DNA from: Chiloscyllium plagiosum
Taxonomy: Eukaryota
Length of the DNA: 64,000 nucleotides
Reading direction: 5' to 3'
NCBI RefSeq assembly: GCF_004010195.1
Contig: NC_057718.1
Location: 78,116,638-78,180,637 of the forward strand
Shown here: piece by piece, positions 1-12,492 of the stretch
How the letters are laid out: each line of letters opens with the position of its first letter
Numbering within the stretch: position 1 is the first letter of the stretch
Position numbers and translations under genes: made by a program
Notes under the pieces: model-generated
What the model was told of the DNA's origin: nothing
What the model saw: only the letters and a program-made list of their open reading frames with translations
Database searches by the model: none

Positions 1-1290
1 CTTGTCAAATGCCTTACTAAAATCCATGTTTACTACATCCACTGCTCTACCCTCATCTACATGCTTGGTCACCTCCTCGAAGAATTCAATAAGACTTGTA
101 AGGCAAGACTTACCCTTCACAAATCCGTGCTGGCTGTCCCTAATCAAGCAGTGTCTTTCCAGATACTCATAAATCCTATCCCTCAGTACCCTTTCCATTA
201 CTTTGCCTACCACCGAAGTAAGACTAACAGGCCTGTAATTCCCGGGGTTATCCCTATTCCCTTTTTTGAACAGGGGCACAACATTCGCTACTCTCCAGTC
301 CCCTGGTACCACTCCCGTTGCCAGTGAAGACGAGAAGATCATTGCCAACGGTACTGCAATTTCCTCTCTTGCTTCCCACATAATCCTAGGATATATCCCG
401 TCAGGCCCGGGGGACTTGTCTGTCCTCAAGTTGTTCAAAATGTCCAACACATCTTCCTTCCATCAGGTATCTCTTCTAGCTTACCAGTCCATTTCACACT
501 CTCCTCTTCTACAATACGGTCCCTCTCGTTCGTAAATACTGAAGAGACGTACTTGTTCAAGACCTCTCCTATCTCTTCCGACTCAATACAGAGTCTCCCA
601 CTACTGTCCTTGATCGGACCTACCCTCGTTCTCGTCATTCTCATGTTTCTCACATACGCATAAAATGCCTTGGGGTTATCCTTGATCCTATCCGCCAACG
701 ATTTTTCATGCCCTCTCTTAGCTCTCCTAATCCCTTTCTTTAGGTCCCTTCTGGCTATCCTGTATCCCTCCAATGCTCTGTCTGAACCTTGTTTCCTCAA
801 CCTTATGTAAGCCCCCTTCTTCCTCTTTACAAGATATTCGACCTCCCTCATCAACCAAGGTTCCCTCACACGACCATCTCTTTCCTGCCTGACAGGTACA
901 TAATTATCAAGGACACGTCGTACCTGTTCCTTGAAAAAGTTCCACATTTCCACGACATCCTTCCCTGACAGCCTATGCTCCCAACTTATGCTCTTCAGAT
1001 CCTATCTTACAGCATTGTATTTACCCTTCCCCCAATTGTAAAACCTACCCTGTTGCACGCACCTATCTCTCTCCATAACCAAGGTGAAAGTCACAGAATT
1101 GTGGTCACCATCACCAAAATGTTCACCCACTAACAAGCCCATCACTTGTCCCGGTTCATTACCAAGTACCAAATCCAATATGGCCTCCCCTCTGGTCAGA
1201 CAATCTACATCTTGAGTTAGAAAAGCTTCCTGGACACACTGCACAAACACCGCCCCGTCCAATCTACTTGATCTAAAGAGCTTCCAATCA
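1..1290 (-). mobile_element. CR1-type LINE ORF2 fragment (end of endonuclease, linker, start of RT), degenerate
   Basis: Minus-strand peptides PKAFYAYVRNMRMTRTRVGPIKD and AILDLVLGNEPGQV..HFGDGDHNSVTF. The window begins in the reverse complement of the RT motif MDFSKAFDK. Frameshifted. Confidence 0.9.
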
Positions 1291-1977
1291 ATAACTGGTG
1301 CTTTTCATCAGGTATAGTGTGTTGTCACAATTGATGCAAGGACGGGAAAGGAAATTTGTTTTTGAAAAGCAAATCATCAAATAAAAGTAGTGGTTCAGTT
1401 GCTTTATATGTTAAACTTTATTTAAAATATTATTACTGTCTTTGTCATATATCCCTTGTCTTTGATGTTGGATTGAGGTATGATTAAATTATATTTTAAA
1501 GTATCTCTTATTGTAAAGATGTGTCTGTAAAGCTAAATATTATAATGAGATCAGGGTACTGTTTTTGTGGAACTGAAATTGATTCCAGCTTTTCTCCCTA
1601 TAAATACGGTCTGATTCAACTTATGCAATTTATTGGGTGTTAACATTGTTTGAAAGTGTCAAGCATGTGGTAGAACCTGTCAGAAAAATATGCTATGATG
1701 TGAGTTTTATAGTAATGAAATGTCAGAACACAACTTATAGTTTAGCAGTCACTATTGCCCTCATCAGTATTAGTGCTTCTCTAGTGTTTTATTTTAGTTG
1801 AAATGGCTGAGCAGGATTGCATCATTTCAGCTGACTAACACCTCAAACAATTTTCAGGAATTGTTGATCGAGCAGTTATGCTAATGGAAGTTGTTAATCT
1901 GTACTTAGAACTAAAGGAAGAGTGACATGTAGAATGCAAAATACAATGCTGCTTTGGCCATGGAGGAGCAAAATAAA

Positions 1978-2135
1978 GTAGTCATTCTTCTCTAACGAGA
2001 TAGTCGCATTCCTCTGTGACCCCATGCTATACAAAAATCGTGCAATACAAATAATAATAATGTTGGCAATCTAATAGTGTTATAGCCAACACATTTTACA
2101 AGTTTACAATTTAGAAACGGTGTTCCCCACTTGCC
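1978..2135. mobile_element. Partial, diverged copy of the MITE at 23594-23804, in the opposite orientation
   Basis: GCATTCCTCTGTGACCCC..AAAAATCGTGC..GTGTTATAGCCAACAC aligns by eye with the reverse complement of 23650-23800. Confidence 0.55.
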
Positions 2136-2745
2136 AGCAGAACTGACTATATCTTGCCAGGGCTAACCTTTGGCTGCACATTGTAATTTTGATTGCATTT
2201 TGGATCTTTTTTTAAACCACTGTAGTATCTCTTTTCTATTGTTCAAATATCAAGGTAAAGCCTTGTTTAATTTATTTGTTCAAAAACTTCAAGATTGAGT
2301 AAGCTCTAAAACATAAATTGCTACTTGGAAAATTTATAACAATGTTCCATTATGTATTTTAAAAATTATCATTATTTGTGAGGCTGGCAGTCATCTTTTG
2401 GGGAAATCTGATCCTATAAATGAGTTACATTCTACAACATGTTGAGAGAAAATTACCTGACTAGATAAGTTGAAATTTACAATGTCAGTGCAGGTAATAA
2501 TCTGCTGGTCATAGTCATTTTTGCCAGTGCAGGAATAGAACTTCAAAGCAGTTTGCTCTCTGATAGACTGCTGATATATCAGCATTAATGGTAATGTTCT
2601 GCAGTGTAGCATCCTGGTGATCGAAGTAAAAACTGTCTTATACATACCAAATGTACCATGAATTACTGGTAGCTTACTAGAAACAATTTTTGGGAGGATC
2701 TCCAATTGTTGAATTTAAAATTAAATATCAATAAATTAATTACAG

Positions 2746-2880
2746 TTGCAAGATGAAGAACGCAGGCGTCATCAACAGCTGGAAGATATCCGAAAAAGAG
2801 AAGCAGAAGAAAGAGCAAGGCAAGATAATGAGCGTCATCGTCAAGAGGAGGAGCAAGCAAGGAGAGAAACTGAAGAAAAG
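2746..2880 (+). CDS. AFDN: Afadin coding exon (coiled-coil region): LQDEERRRHQQLEDIRKREAEERARQDNERHRQEEEQARRETEEK
   Basis: Flanked by tacag| and |gttgat; 135 nt, phase 0/0. The peptide matches the recalled afadin sequence LQDEERRRQQQLEEMRKREAEDRARQ. Confidence 0.95.
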
Positions 2881-3067
2881 GTTGATGATTTTTTTTAATG
2901 TGCATTTTCTTGCTTTGCTCCTGTCCCCAGCAGCCATCAAGTTGGTGTTGAGAGGTTTTGCCTATTTACAATTTTTCCACCACATCGTATTCCAATGAAT
3001 GTGTCAAAGCAGTTCTCTTTAATACTATTGTATTTTTCGCACTGACAGAAATTTCTGCTTTCCATAG

Positions 3068-3371
3068 AGAAGACAGGAAGAAGAATATTATACGCGTTTG
3101 GAAGCTGAAAGGCGTAGACAGCAGGAAGAAGCTGAGAGGAAGTTACTGCAACCTGATGAACCTGGTCTGTACAGGCCTCCCCTTCCAAGGAACTATGCTT
3201 CTGAAACCCAGCAGTATGAGTTCCCTCCCCCACCCCATTCATCTAACGCTCCTCCCCCTCCTCAGAGAAACATCTCTTACATGAAAACACAGATCGTCTC
3301 CCCTGACACAGTTTACACTGCCAAGTTTGTCCCATACAATGATGAGGACGAGGAAGATGCAAATCTTTCAG
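3068..3371 (+). CDS. AFDN: Afadin coding exon (proline-rich region): RRQEEEYYTRLEAERRRQ..PPPPQRNISYMKTQIVSPDTVYTAKFVPYNDEDEEDANLS
   Basis: Acceptor ttccatag|, phase-1 donor TCAG|gtcagg. Matches afadin PPPPQRNASYLKTQVLSPDSLFTAKFVAYNEEEEE. Confidence 0.95.
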
Positions 3372-3613
3372 GTCAGGATAAGTACTCCGTCACAAGAAAA
3401 TCGTATGGTGATCTCCCTTCTGCCCCTAAGCAGCCGCCATTCATTCGTCAACCCCGCCCGGTTTCAGATGGCTACTATCTTTCAAACTCATTCCGACCAC
3501 CATCTGCCAATGCCAACAGTACTACTCCAAAAGCTGGTGTTCCCCCTCCCCCTCCAACCAAACCGAACTTCGTGCCACAGAGTGGTTCAAAAGGTAGAGA
3601 TATAAACAAGTAA
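3372..3613 (+). CDS. AFDN: Alternative extension of the afadin exon (GQDKYSVTRKSYGDL..KGRDINK*), either terminal or spliced at a second donor after 3593
   Basis: The frame stays open for about 80 codons past the donor to TAA at 3611-3613. A second phase-1 donor AAAG|gtagag lies at 3593/3594. Confidence 0.7.
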
Positions 3614-5339
3614 CAATCTTGTATTCCTTTTTGATGTTTGGACTTTCTAAGTTCTTCCAACTTCCTTAGAGAGAATGCAACTATAATTGTTTCCTGATGT
3701 AAAATTCTCTTCCTCCAGAATAACACAAATTTCACTTGATATTCGAATCAATGAATCATTTTGCCTTTAAAGAATATTCTCTTTTCAATTTCTTAGTTTC
3801 TATCTCAGATTTTCCTGTCCTCTCGAATTAGATATTTTTGTTGCACTCCCCTAATATGCTTAGTGGATACCTGATCCTTTACTTTAATTTGTTCCAATCA
3901 AAGTACTGTTGGTTTTGGTTTTTAATCTGTTCTGTGAATGAATGCATCTCAAATGCCCCTCTCCATATACTGGAAGAGAAGGTGGCATGGTATGCTTGCA
4001 GTTTTTATCCATTTTGAGAATTTCAAGCCTTCTCTTTTACTGTTCATGTGGCAAAGGGGAACTGATCTGGTGTGATCTAACTTAGCATTATGAGTGGAAT
4101 TAGTTGTGAATCAACAACAAACATGCTTGTTGAGATTCTATAAATGTCTGCCTCTTAAATTTAAATTTGTAATCTATTGGTTAACTAGGAACTATTCAAA
4201 CAACAGTTTGTTGATAGGTAAATTAAGATTCACAACTATTTGTCCATAATGCATAGAATGCAATCTGGCTATAGAATTTGATTACTCAAAATTATAGTCT
4301 GTATTGTATTCATATTCTCTTCAATCATTACCTAACACTGTCATTTGCCTTACTCATTTTTTTCATTTTGTGCTTAACCAAACTCCCTGCTGTACATTTT
4401 TATAAAAAATAAATTGCTAATGCATTAGTAATGTTTTTGAATGGTAGCAAAAGAAACCAAGTTTATGTTGATGTCTTTGTTTTACAAAGCAGAAAACTAT
4501 ACAATTGTTACAACTTGTAAATTATTAAGTCTTTGATGAAATAATATCAATAATTTGGAATATGTATTTTGGTTTTAAACCCAATCTATAATTGGTCAAC
4601 ATGTACAATGGGAAAAATAATTTTAGACTTTAGTTTGGGGAAGGGGAAAGAAATATTTAGCATCCAGATCAGAGAAATCTAGGTTTAAGTTTGTGCAACC
4701 AGTCAGAATGCTGCTGAAACTCTGATGCACACAGTACATTATAGTTTATACTGTCTTAGGAGTAATATTCATGCCCAGAGACCCTCCGTGATTATCCTAT
4801 TAATTTCACTATCAAAGATTTGGTCTGAATAGATGGGATTTACCTGGAACCTTGGTCTGGAAATGTTACACAGTGTGATCTATGGTAAAGATCCTTGATT
4901 AACTAACATAACTCAATTGAATTCTGCAACCAACTGCCATGCGGTCCCTCCTTTCTTCATCACCACCTACTCCTCTTCCACATTCTCCATCCTCACTGCC
5001 TCCTTGCCTCATCCATCTCCCACTTGCTTCATCCCCCTCCCGCACCTCTATTCTCGTTTACTACCACTACCACCCTTCCACAGCTTTCATAGAATGAAAT
5101 AATCATCTCCCAGTGTCCATTGTGCAGTGTTTGCACAGCTCCATCCCCTGGTTAGTGGTTTCCTTGGCTCAGTGAATGCTTGGTAAAGAGTTCTGCATTT
5201 CACAAATTATTTCTCACTATGCCTACAATATTTTGAAAGTACAGTAATATAACATGCGAAATAAAGACAGCTGTCTTTAATTTCCAAAATGCTTCCCCAG
5301 ATAGCATAAAATTGAAAATTGGTTTGCCTTCAATTAAAA

Positions 5340-6460
5340 TTTTAAAGCATGTATGACTTGATCATTTAGGTTACATGCTCCATTTGCATGCATCTATTCC
5401 CCTTTTCCATCAAGCTAAATGTGCTCCAGTCTTGAATTCTCATCTTGCTCTTCTAGCCCTCTTTATGCTCTGTGTTTTGACACCATTGCCACTGAACGTC
5501 TGACCTCCAATTTGTTTTCTCTTCACACCAACTGAGTTCTCTCTTCTCTAGTATTGTCCAATTCCCTTTTAACACTTGCTTCCATGAACAAATATCCCAT
5601 GTCAAACCCACATTTAATTCTCTGCTTTACAAACTGAGACCCCATTACATTTCCATGAGTTCTTGAATATATTGTTGAATATTTCAATATTGTTGAAAGT
5701 CCATGTTTGAACATGTCCAATCAGGATTCCACCAATTTCTAATGAAAATCATAGGATATTCACTGTGATTGTGATATATTGTTTCCTATTGACCTCTGTG
5801 CACCAAGGCTGATTGTACCAAGTGCTGTCTCTTGTCCAATTGAGTGGAACTTAAACAACTTGCTTTTATTATCTCTGCTGTATATCCTGCAATGAGTTAT
5901 TTTATCATATATTGTTAACATATATTGTTAACATATAGTGACCGACCACTAACCTCTTTCTTTGTCCCACTCCCATCCCTCCCCGAAATAAAGTTATACT
6001 TGATCCTAATTGTTGATAAGCTGCTTGTCTGCAACCCAGTCATGTGTAACTGCAATTATCATCAATCAAGTATACAGAAGACCCAAGTTACAATCTTCTG
6101 CCTCTGACACAACTCAGTTCTCCTAAAATTCCAAGTCAACCAATTTAAAATTTGCAACATTGTGTTCCTCCTTTTCCTCCTCATTTCTATACCATTGTTT
6201 CACCCCACAACCTTCCAAAAACTCTGCATTCTTCCAGTTCCATCCTCTTGTGTATCGCCAGTTTATTTTTGTCCCAACATTGACCATAAGATCTAGAATT
6301 TTCTTTCTAACTTCTCCATTGCTTCCATAATTAAGAACCTTCTTAAAATCTGTTTTTATAACTGACCCTTCTTCAGATGCAAATTACTTTTTTCAGACAA
6401 CACCCGTCTGAAGCCTTGGAACATTATCCAGTATTACAAGTGTTAAGTAAAGGTAAATTA
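5340..6460 (+). mobile_element. Highly degraded L2-like LINE 3' remnant
   Basis: The tail GAAGCCTTGGAACATT..TTACAAGTGTTAAGTAAAGGTAAATTATT resembles L2 3' ends. No ORF; boundaries approximate. Confidence 0.3.
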
Positions 6461-6802
6461 TTATTCTGTAGCAAACCTTCTAATCAGAGGATTTTTAAAC
6501 CTAAATAGTAGGATCAGTATTACTGTCAATACAAGGCTGGAGTTTCTGATCCTGGACAGCGTGCAACTCATTTTGTTGCTTTATCTGGTAAAATAAAAAT
6601 TGAAGTCATTGTTCAGTTTTTTAACATGAAGTTTCTCTTCTGAGAATTTGTAGTCCATTGTTATAAAAACACACTCTTCCGTTTATTTTCCTACCATTCA
6701 ATTTCCAGTATTGAAAGTTCATATTTTGTATGGGCTTTTGCATTTCATTATTCCTGATTGTGATCTAACCCTTTCAAGCTAAATATTTTACTTATTAATT
6801 AG

Positions 6803-6896
6803 GATTTGGTCCTTATGGCGGATCAACTACAAGTAGCATTGGAGCAAATGAAGTTTACAAAAGCCCGAGAGAGAAGCGTCCTGAGCAGAATAAAGG
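6803..6896 (+). CDS. AFDN: Afadin penultimate coding exon: (G)FGPYGGSTTSSIGANEVYKSPREKRPEQNK(G)
   Basis: Flanked by attag| and GG|gtaagg. Phase 1 in and phase 2 out, fitting both neighbouring exons. Similar to human GPNSYPGSTGAAVGAHDACRDAKEKR. Confidence 0.85.
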
Positions 6897-7334
6897 GTAA
6901 GGTTGACACATTGTTCTCAATGTATACAAGCTTTATATTTGCAAATGCCTAGTACTGTGTTTTTTTTATTTATAGGATGAACCCCAATTCTTTGAAGGTA
7001 CAAGGCACAATTAAAACTTACTCTTCGGGTGCTTTCCGAAAGTGCCTCTTAATGATTTCCTGTTGGAACAGTCAGTTCAGTCTTGGGCAAAGACTATAAA
7101 AGTTACATGATACATAAAGTAGAAAAAGTCATTTCTGGCCCAACTAGTCAGTATTCATGTTTATTCTTGGCACAAGTTGTTATTGCAGCTTTGTTATTAC
7201 AGGCTTATTTGTATTTTTCTCCAAAGTGTTTGCAATATTTTGGGAATCACATTTGGATTAAAGAAACTGCAACACAACAATTTAATACACAGTTTAACAA
7301 GCACCACAGTGGGCTATTCTAACTGTGAGGGAGA

Positions 7335-7936
7335 TGTAACATTAAGGAATTAACATCACATCTATCTGAAAGCACAAATCGTGTATGTGCCCCATTGACA
7401 GGTTGAAAAGGTGGTGCATGGGTAGCAAAATCCAGGTTTATTGGAAATAGTTGCATTGCCCAATTCTAAAAATTGCAGGTTTAATTGTTTCTTGCTACTG
7501 AGCATTATTACTAATGTCATCTCGTTCCTCCCCCTCAGTCGAAGCAAAATGCTTAGAGGCAGTATGGTTTTACCTCCTCCTTCTTTATTCCGGGCCCTGG
7601 ACGGAGAGAGAACAATCGCCCACGTGCACAAGGACACGAGTTCTCTGACTTCTCTCTTGACCAGCAGTTTCTTAATGAATTGTAAATCATTTTACAGGGA
7701 GGAGCATCCAGATAAGGCAACGTGTAATCAATGACCTGTTGATTGGGTGACCGTTACAATCAGCGAGTGTTAATAGTAAAGATTAAGCCATCTGGAGTTA
7801 CACAATGAATGTTCTTAACCTTAACTGGCTTCACATAATGAATACTTCTCACCTTGTTAAACGGACCTTACAAACTGAATGTTTCCAATATTGTTAAATG
7901 GCTCTACATAATGAATGCTTTTCCATCTTGTTAACA
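7335..7936. repeat. Possible solo-LTR-like insertion ending in four degenerate ~36-bp tandem units (7799-7936)
   Basis: Ends TGTAACA...TGTTAACA. Units resemble TACATAATGAATGCTTYTCAYCTTGTTAAAYGGCTC. No TSD seen. Confidence 0.35.
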
Positions 7937-9347
7937 CATTGCCCTTGCCTCCAGCACCCCATTGTTAACTGCAAGTTCTTATCTGATCTGAGTTATGCTC
8001 AACTGAACTTCTTGTTTCACAAATTCAAAACTTAACTTTTTGCCTACCTGCTTATACCCGATACACATCCTCACTAAGAGATAGATAACAACCAGGTTGG
8101 AGCCATTGACCTACAGTGCTGTAGCATGGAATCTATCAATTCAAGCAGTTTTTAAATTCCATATTTATCTTTAGTTATGTCATTGGAACCTATTTTGAGA
8201 ATTTGCAAGTTATCATAATTTTCGAATGGGTTGTGTTTTCATATGCTAGTAAGCTTATCTTTTGATAAGGTTTCTTTTTTTTTGGACTGAAAGAAAGCTC
8301 AAAATTTAAATAAACGCTCCAGACTGAATTTGTACTTTGTCAAATTTCCAACTATTATCTTGGGTGTATCTGGTGTTGGACAACGACTCCATATTTTACA
8401 TCAAGTGAAAACAATGTGCCAGACTAAAGAAAGATTTGTGATCTAAGGGTGCAATAACTTCCATAAGTGCAAATTCTGAAAGCCAGGACAGAATAGGGAA
8501 GATTATGCATTTTAAGAAATAATTTGGCACATAATGCCTTATTACTGTATATAACATCATCCAAAGATACAGCACTGAAGGGGCTCATTCAGCCAAATTG
8601 TTGCAGCTGTTTGAAAGAGCAAACTAATTAATCTCACTCCTGTTAAGAGCTTCAAAACATTTCCTATATCAGGTTAAATACTCAAATCCTTAAGTTATTA
8701 TTGTCCTGCCAGTATTCCAGATCTCACTAACTCCGTGCTTAAGAGCAGTTTCCTAATGTCACTTCTGGTTCTCTCAGTTACTTTTAATCTGTAATCTTCA
8801 GTTACTGTTCTAATTCCATGAGAAATGTATTTCCTTAATCATGAGACGTTAAGAGTAACTATGAACATTTCTATTGTCTCCTGTTAACCACCTCAGCTCA
8901 AAGACAAACCCATAGTAATTATAAGTTGATCCAGCATATAAATGACCCCTTTTTTAAGCACCAAAATGCATGTTTAAGCCAATTCAACATATAAATCAAA
9001 CTCCAATTTTTTCTGTCAAAAAAATCAATGTTTAAGTTCATGCTTGCCTTGAGTTGGAACAAGGGATTGAGCAAGGTGCTGCAGGTAGTGTTTCCATTGG
9101 GTGCATGATTTGATGCACACAAAGGTTAACAGCACATGCTAACGGCTTAATAAGTGGGTCCACCTGTAAAAAGACTGATGGACAAAGCTGTTTTCAAGTC
9201 AGAACATAACATTTCCAGGATCAAATGCACTGTGAAAACCAGGGTCAACCACTGGACTGATTGCAAGAAATATAATGAGTCCTTGACATTAAATTGTCAC
9301 CACAAATGTGATGCATATATACTCAAATGGACCAAATCAAAATCACA

Positions 9348-9478
9348 TCCCTGATGAAGGACTTGTATCCAAAACGTCAACTCCCCTGCTCCTCGTATGC
9401 TGTCTGACCTGCTGTGCCTTTCCAGCACCACACTTTTTGACTCTGATCTCCCAACATCTACAGTCCTCATTTTCTCCT
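9348..9478 (+). mobile_element. Penelope-like terminal cassette, family A, degenerate hammerhead core
   Basis: CTGATGAAGGACTTGTATCCAAAACGTC followed by the family-A tail GCTGTCTGACCTGCTGTGCCTTTCCAGC..CAGTCCTCATTTTCTCC. Confidence 0.75.
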
Positions 9479-10996
9479 GGGTCAAATCAGATGTTGAGTC
9501 TAGCAAAGAAATTGGTGCAACAGCTGATAATGTAGCAGATTTGTGGAACAAAATATCTTTCATTATGACAGAATACAAGAGCACTCAGATGCTTCCAAAA
9601 AACCTTAACCAAAAGGATCAATTTCCAGCAATTTAGCAGCAAAAAATAATACCCATTGTCAAATTGGCAACATGGGTAAAATGCCCATGAATTTCAATTT
9701 GCCCCACCATCTGAAATGTCAAATGAGAAGATTCCAAAATAATTCCAGTGAAGACTTCAGGGCATGAAAAGATAATATTGATGAGTTTGCATGGTCATCT
9801 GAACAAAATTAAATATATAGTAAGGTCAAAAGGTGCCTACAAAGAAATAAAATGCAAATTGTGGTTGTGTTGAGTGGTCTGCATTCTGTTAAATCTTGTG
9901 GATGTGTGTCTCAACAAGCCGTTCAAGGATCATGTTACTATCAAATGAAGTCCAAAATGGACCAAAATTTTCTCAATCACAGCATAAAGGTTGACATTGT
10001 GTATGAAAACAATTTTTTTCACTTCCAAAGTTACGCCTAAAAATTATACGTACTTTCATTTTTTCTGTCCTCTGGCCAAATGGTTAATGAAGAAAAATGC
10101 TAGCTGCCCCACTTGATGTTTGTGAGGTTTCATCGTCAAATCTTGGGGATGTGATTAATGCACAAAATAGGAACAGGAGCAGATCATTTAGTCCATTGAG
10201 CCCTGCCATTCAATGATGGAGGATGATCAAACACTTCAGTGCCTTTACCCTTTATGCCAGTAACCTAGTTGCCACTAGTAATCAGGAATCTAGAATCTCA
10301 GCCTTAAACATGCTCGAAGACTGAGCTTCCCCAGATCTTTGAAATTTTCTAACAAAGTTCATCGCCATCTTGGACCCAACTGGCACCTCCCTTATTTTTA
10401 ACTTGTGCCTTGGTTTTCAACTCCCAAACCAGGAGAAACATCTTTCCTGCATCTAGCCTGTGTATCCCCTTTAAGTTTTTAGTTAAAATCACCCCTCATT
10501 CTTTAAATATAGACCCAGTTTGCTCAATTTCTCTTCATATGACAATTGTAGGAACAATCTAGTGAACATTGATTGCACTCCTCTTCTATGACAGTGACGT
10601 GCAGGAGTGATATCTTTCCTGAGATAAGGAGGCCAAAGTCGCCACAGTGCTTCAGATATCTATCCAAGCTTCTGTACAAATGAAGCAAGACTTCACTCCT
10701 CCTGTACTCAAATTCCTTTGTAATAAACATTAGCATTCAATCAGCCTTCCTAATAGCTTGCTGCACCTAGATATTAGTCTTCAGTGACTCATCAGCAAGG
10801 ATACCTAGGTCCCTTTTGTACACTTACATTTTCCAATCCCTAGCTCTATATTATTGATATAAATTGCAAAGAGCTGGCCTAAGTGCTGATGCTTGCAATA
10901 GCTTGTTAGTCATAGCCTGCCAATGTGAGAATGACTTATTTATTCCTCTTCTGTTTTCTATCTGTTGCCAGTCAATCCAAGTCAGTACATTACCTC

Positions 10997-11121
10997 CTGA
11001 AGAAGGGCTTATGCCCGAAACGTCGATTCTCCTGCTTCTTGGATGCTGCCTGACCTGCTACACTTTTCCAGCAACACATTTTTCAGCTCTGATCTCCAGT
11101 ATCTGCTTCCTCACTTTCTCC
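10997..11121 (+). mobile_element. Penelope-like cassette, family A, intact minimal hammerhead core, 12-bp TSD
   Basis: CTGAAGA-A-GGGC-TTAT-GCCC-GAAA-CGTC at 10997-11024. Direct repeat ACATTACCTCCT at 10987-10998 and 11122-11133. Confidence 0.85.
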
Positions 11122-11353
11122 ACATTACCTCCTCTCCCAATGCTTCCGTTTTTCTAACCAGCTTCCTGTTAGGAACTTCCTCAAACTACTTGTGAAAACC
11201 GAAGTATACTACAATCATCAGCTCTCCTTTTTAAAAATTTTGATAGTAACAGCTTAAAGGCAAATTTCTCAAAACCTATTTCCTATTTGCAAATCCAGAT
11301 GTGTATTTATCACATCCTTTGCAATAGATTCTAGCATTTATAGACATTTTTTA

Positions 11354-11682
11354 GAATCATAGAATAGAATCATAGAATCCCTACAGTGCCGCACCGATCT
11401 TCTGAAGAGTAACCCACCCAGATGCATTCCTCTACCCTATTATCCTACATTTACCCCTGACTAATGCATCTAACCTCCACATCCCTGAACTCTATGGGAA
11501 TTTTTAGCGTGTCCAATTCACCTAACCTGCACATCTTTGGATTGTGGGAGGAAACCAGAGTACCTGGGGGAAACCCATGCACATGGCGGAGAATGTGCAA
11601 ACAGTCGCCAGAGGCTGGAATTGAACCTGGGTCCCTGGCACTGTGAGGCAGCAGTGCAAACCACTGAGCCACTGCTGCCCTC
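11354..11682 (-). mobile_element. tRNA-derived SINE (HE1/V-SINE-like)
   Basis: Minus strand reads GGGCAGCAGTGGCTCAGTGG (A box), GGTTCAATTCC (B box), the V-domain-like GGTTTCCTCCCACAATCCAAAGATGTGCAGG, and a (TCTATGAT)n tail. Confidence 0.9.
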
Positions 11683-11689
11683 ACCATTT

Positions 11690-12492
11690 TAAGATGTCAT
11701 CATCTATTTCCCCACATTCTGTATTTTCCATATCTTCTCCACAGTAAACACTGATTCAAAACGCTTGTGTAGTATCTCCCCCCATTTCTTGTGGTTCCAC
11801 ACATAGGCTGCTTTGTAGATATTTGAGGGGTCCTATTGTCACCCTGTTTGCCAAAGTTATCTCCTGTCCCCTTTTTGCCCTCTTGCTTTCCTCCTTAAGT
11901 GTACTCCTACTGCCTTATACTCTTCTAAGGATTCACTTGATCTCTGCTGTCTATACCTGACATATACATCCTTTTTCTTGACCAAAACCTCAATTTCTCG
12001 AGACATCCAGCAGTCCCTACACCCATCAGCCTTGCCTTTCACCTTAATAGGAACATACTGTCTCTGGACTCTTGTTACCTCATTTTTTTTTTAAGGCTTC
12101 CTATTTTCCAGCTGTGCCTTTACCTGTAAAGGCACAGCTGGAAAAGTGTTGGCAAATGGAACTAAATTAGTTTAGGGTATCTGGTCGCCATGGACAAATT
12201 GGACCAAAGGGTCGGTTTCAGTGCTGTACATTTCTATGACACAGTCCCTACACCCATCAGCCTTGCCTTTCACCCTAATAGGAACATACTGTCTCTGGAC
12301 TCTTGTTACCTCATTTTTTTTAAGGCTTCCTATTTTCCAGCTGTGCCTTTACCTGTAAACATCAACCCCCTGTCAACTTTTGAAAGTTTTTGCCAAGTGT
12401 TGGCAAATGGAACTAAATTAGTTTAGGGTATCTGGTCGCCATGGACAAATTGGACCAAAGGGTCGGTTTCAGTGCTGTACATTTCTATGACA
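11690..12492. mobile_element. CR1 fragments (minus-strand ORF2 piece plus plus-strand 3' tail) with a local duplication
   Basis: Peptide CWMSREIEVLVKKKDVYVRYRQ. The 3' tail TGGACCAAAGGGTCGGTTTCAGTGCTGTACATTTCTATGAC occurs twice. Confidence 0.75.

Noticed and set aside
1294..1315. Isolated CTGATGAAAAG on the minus strand as a hammerhead core
   Set aside because: No stem II or GAAA partner and no cassette flanks; too short to support.
2753..3284. Alternative-frame ORFs overlapping AFDN exons
   Set aside because: Shadow frames of the real exons; no recognisable protein similarity.
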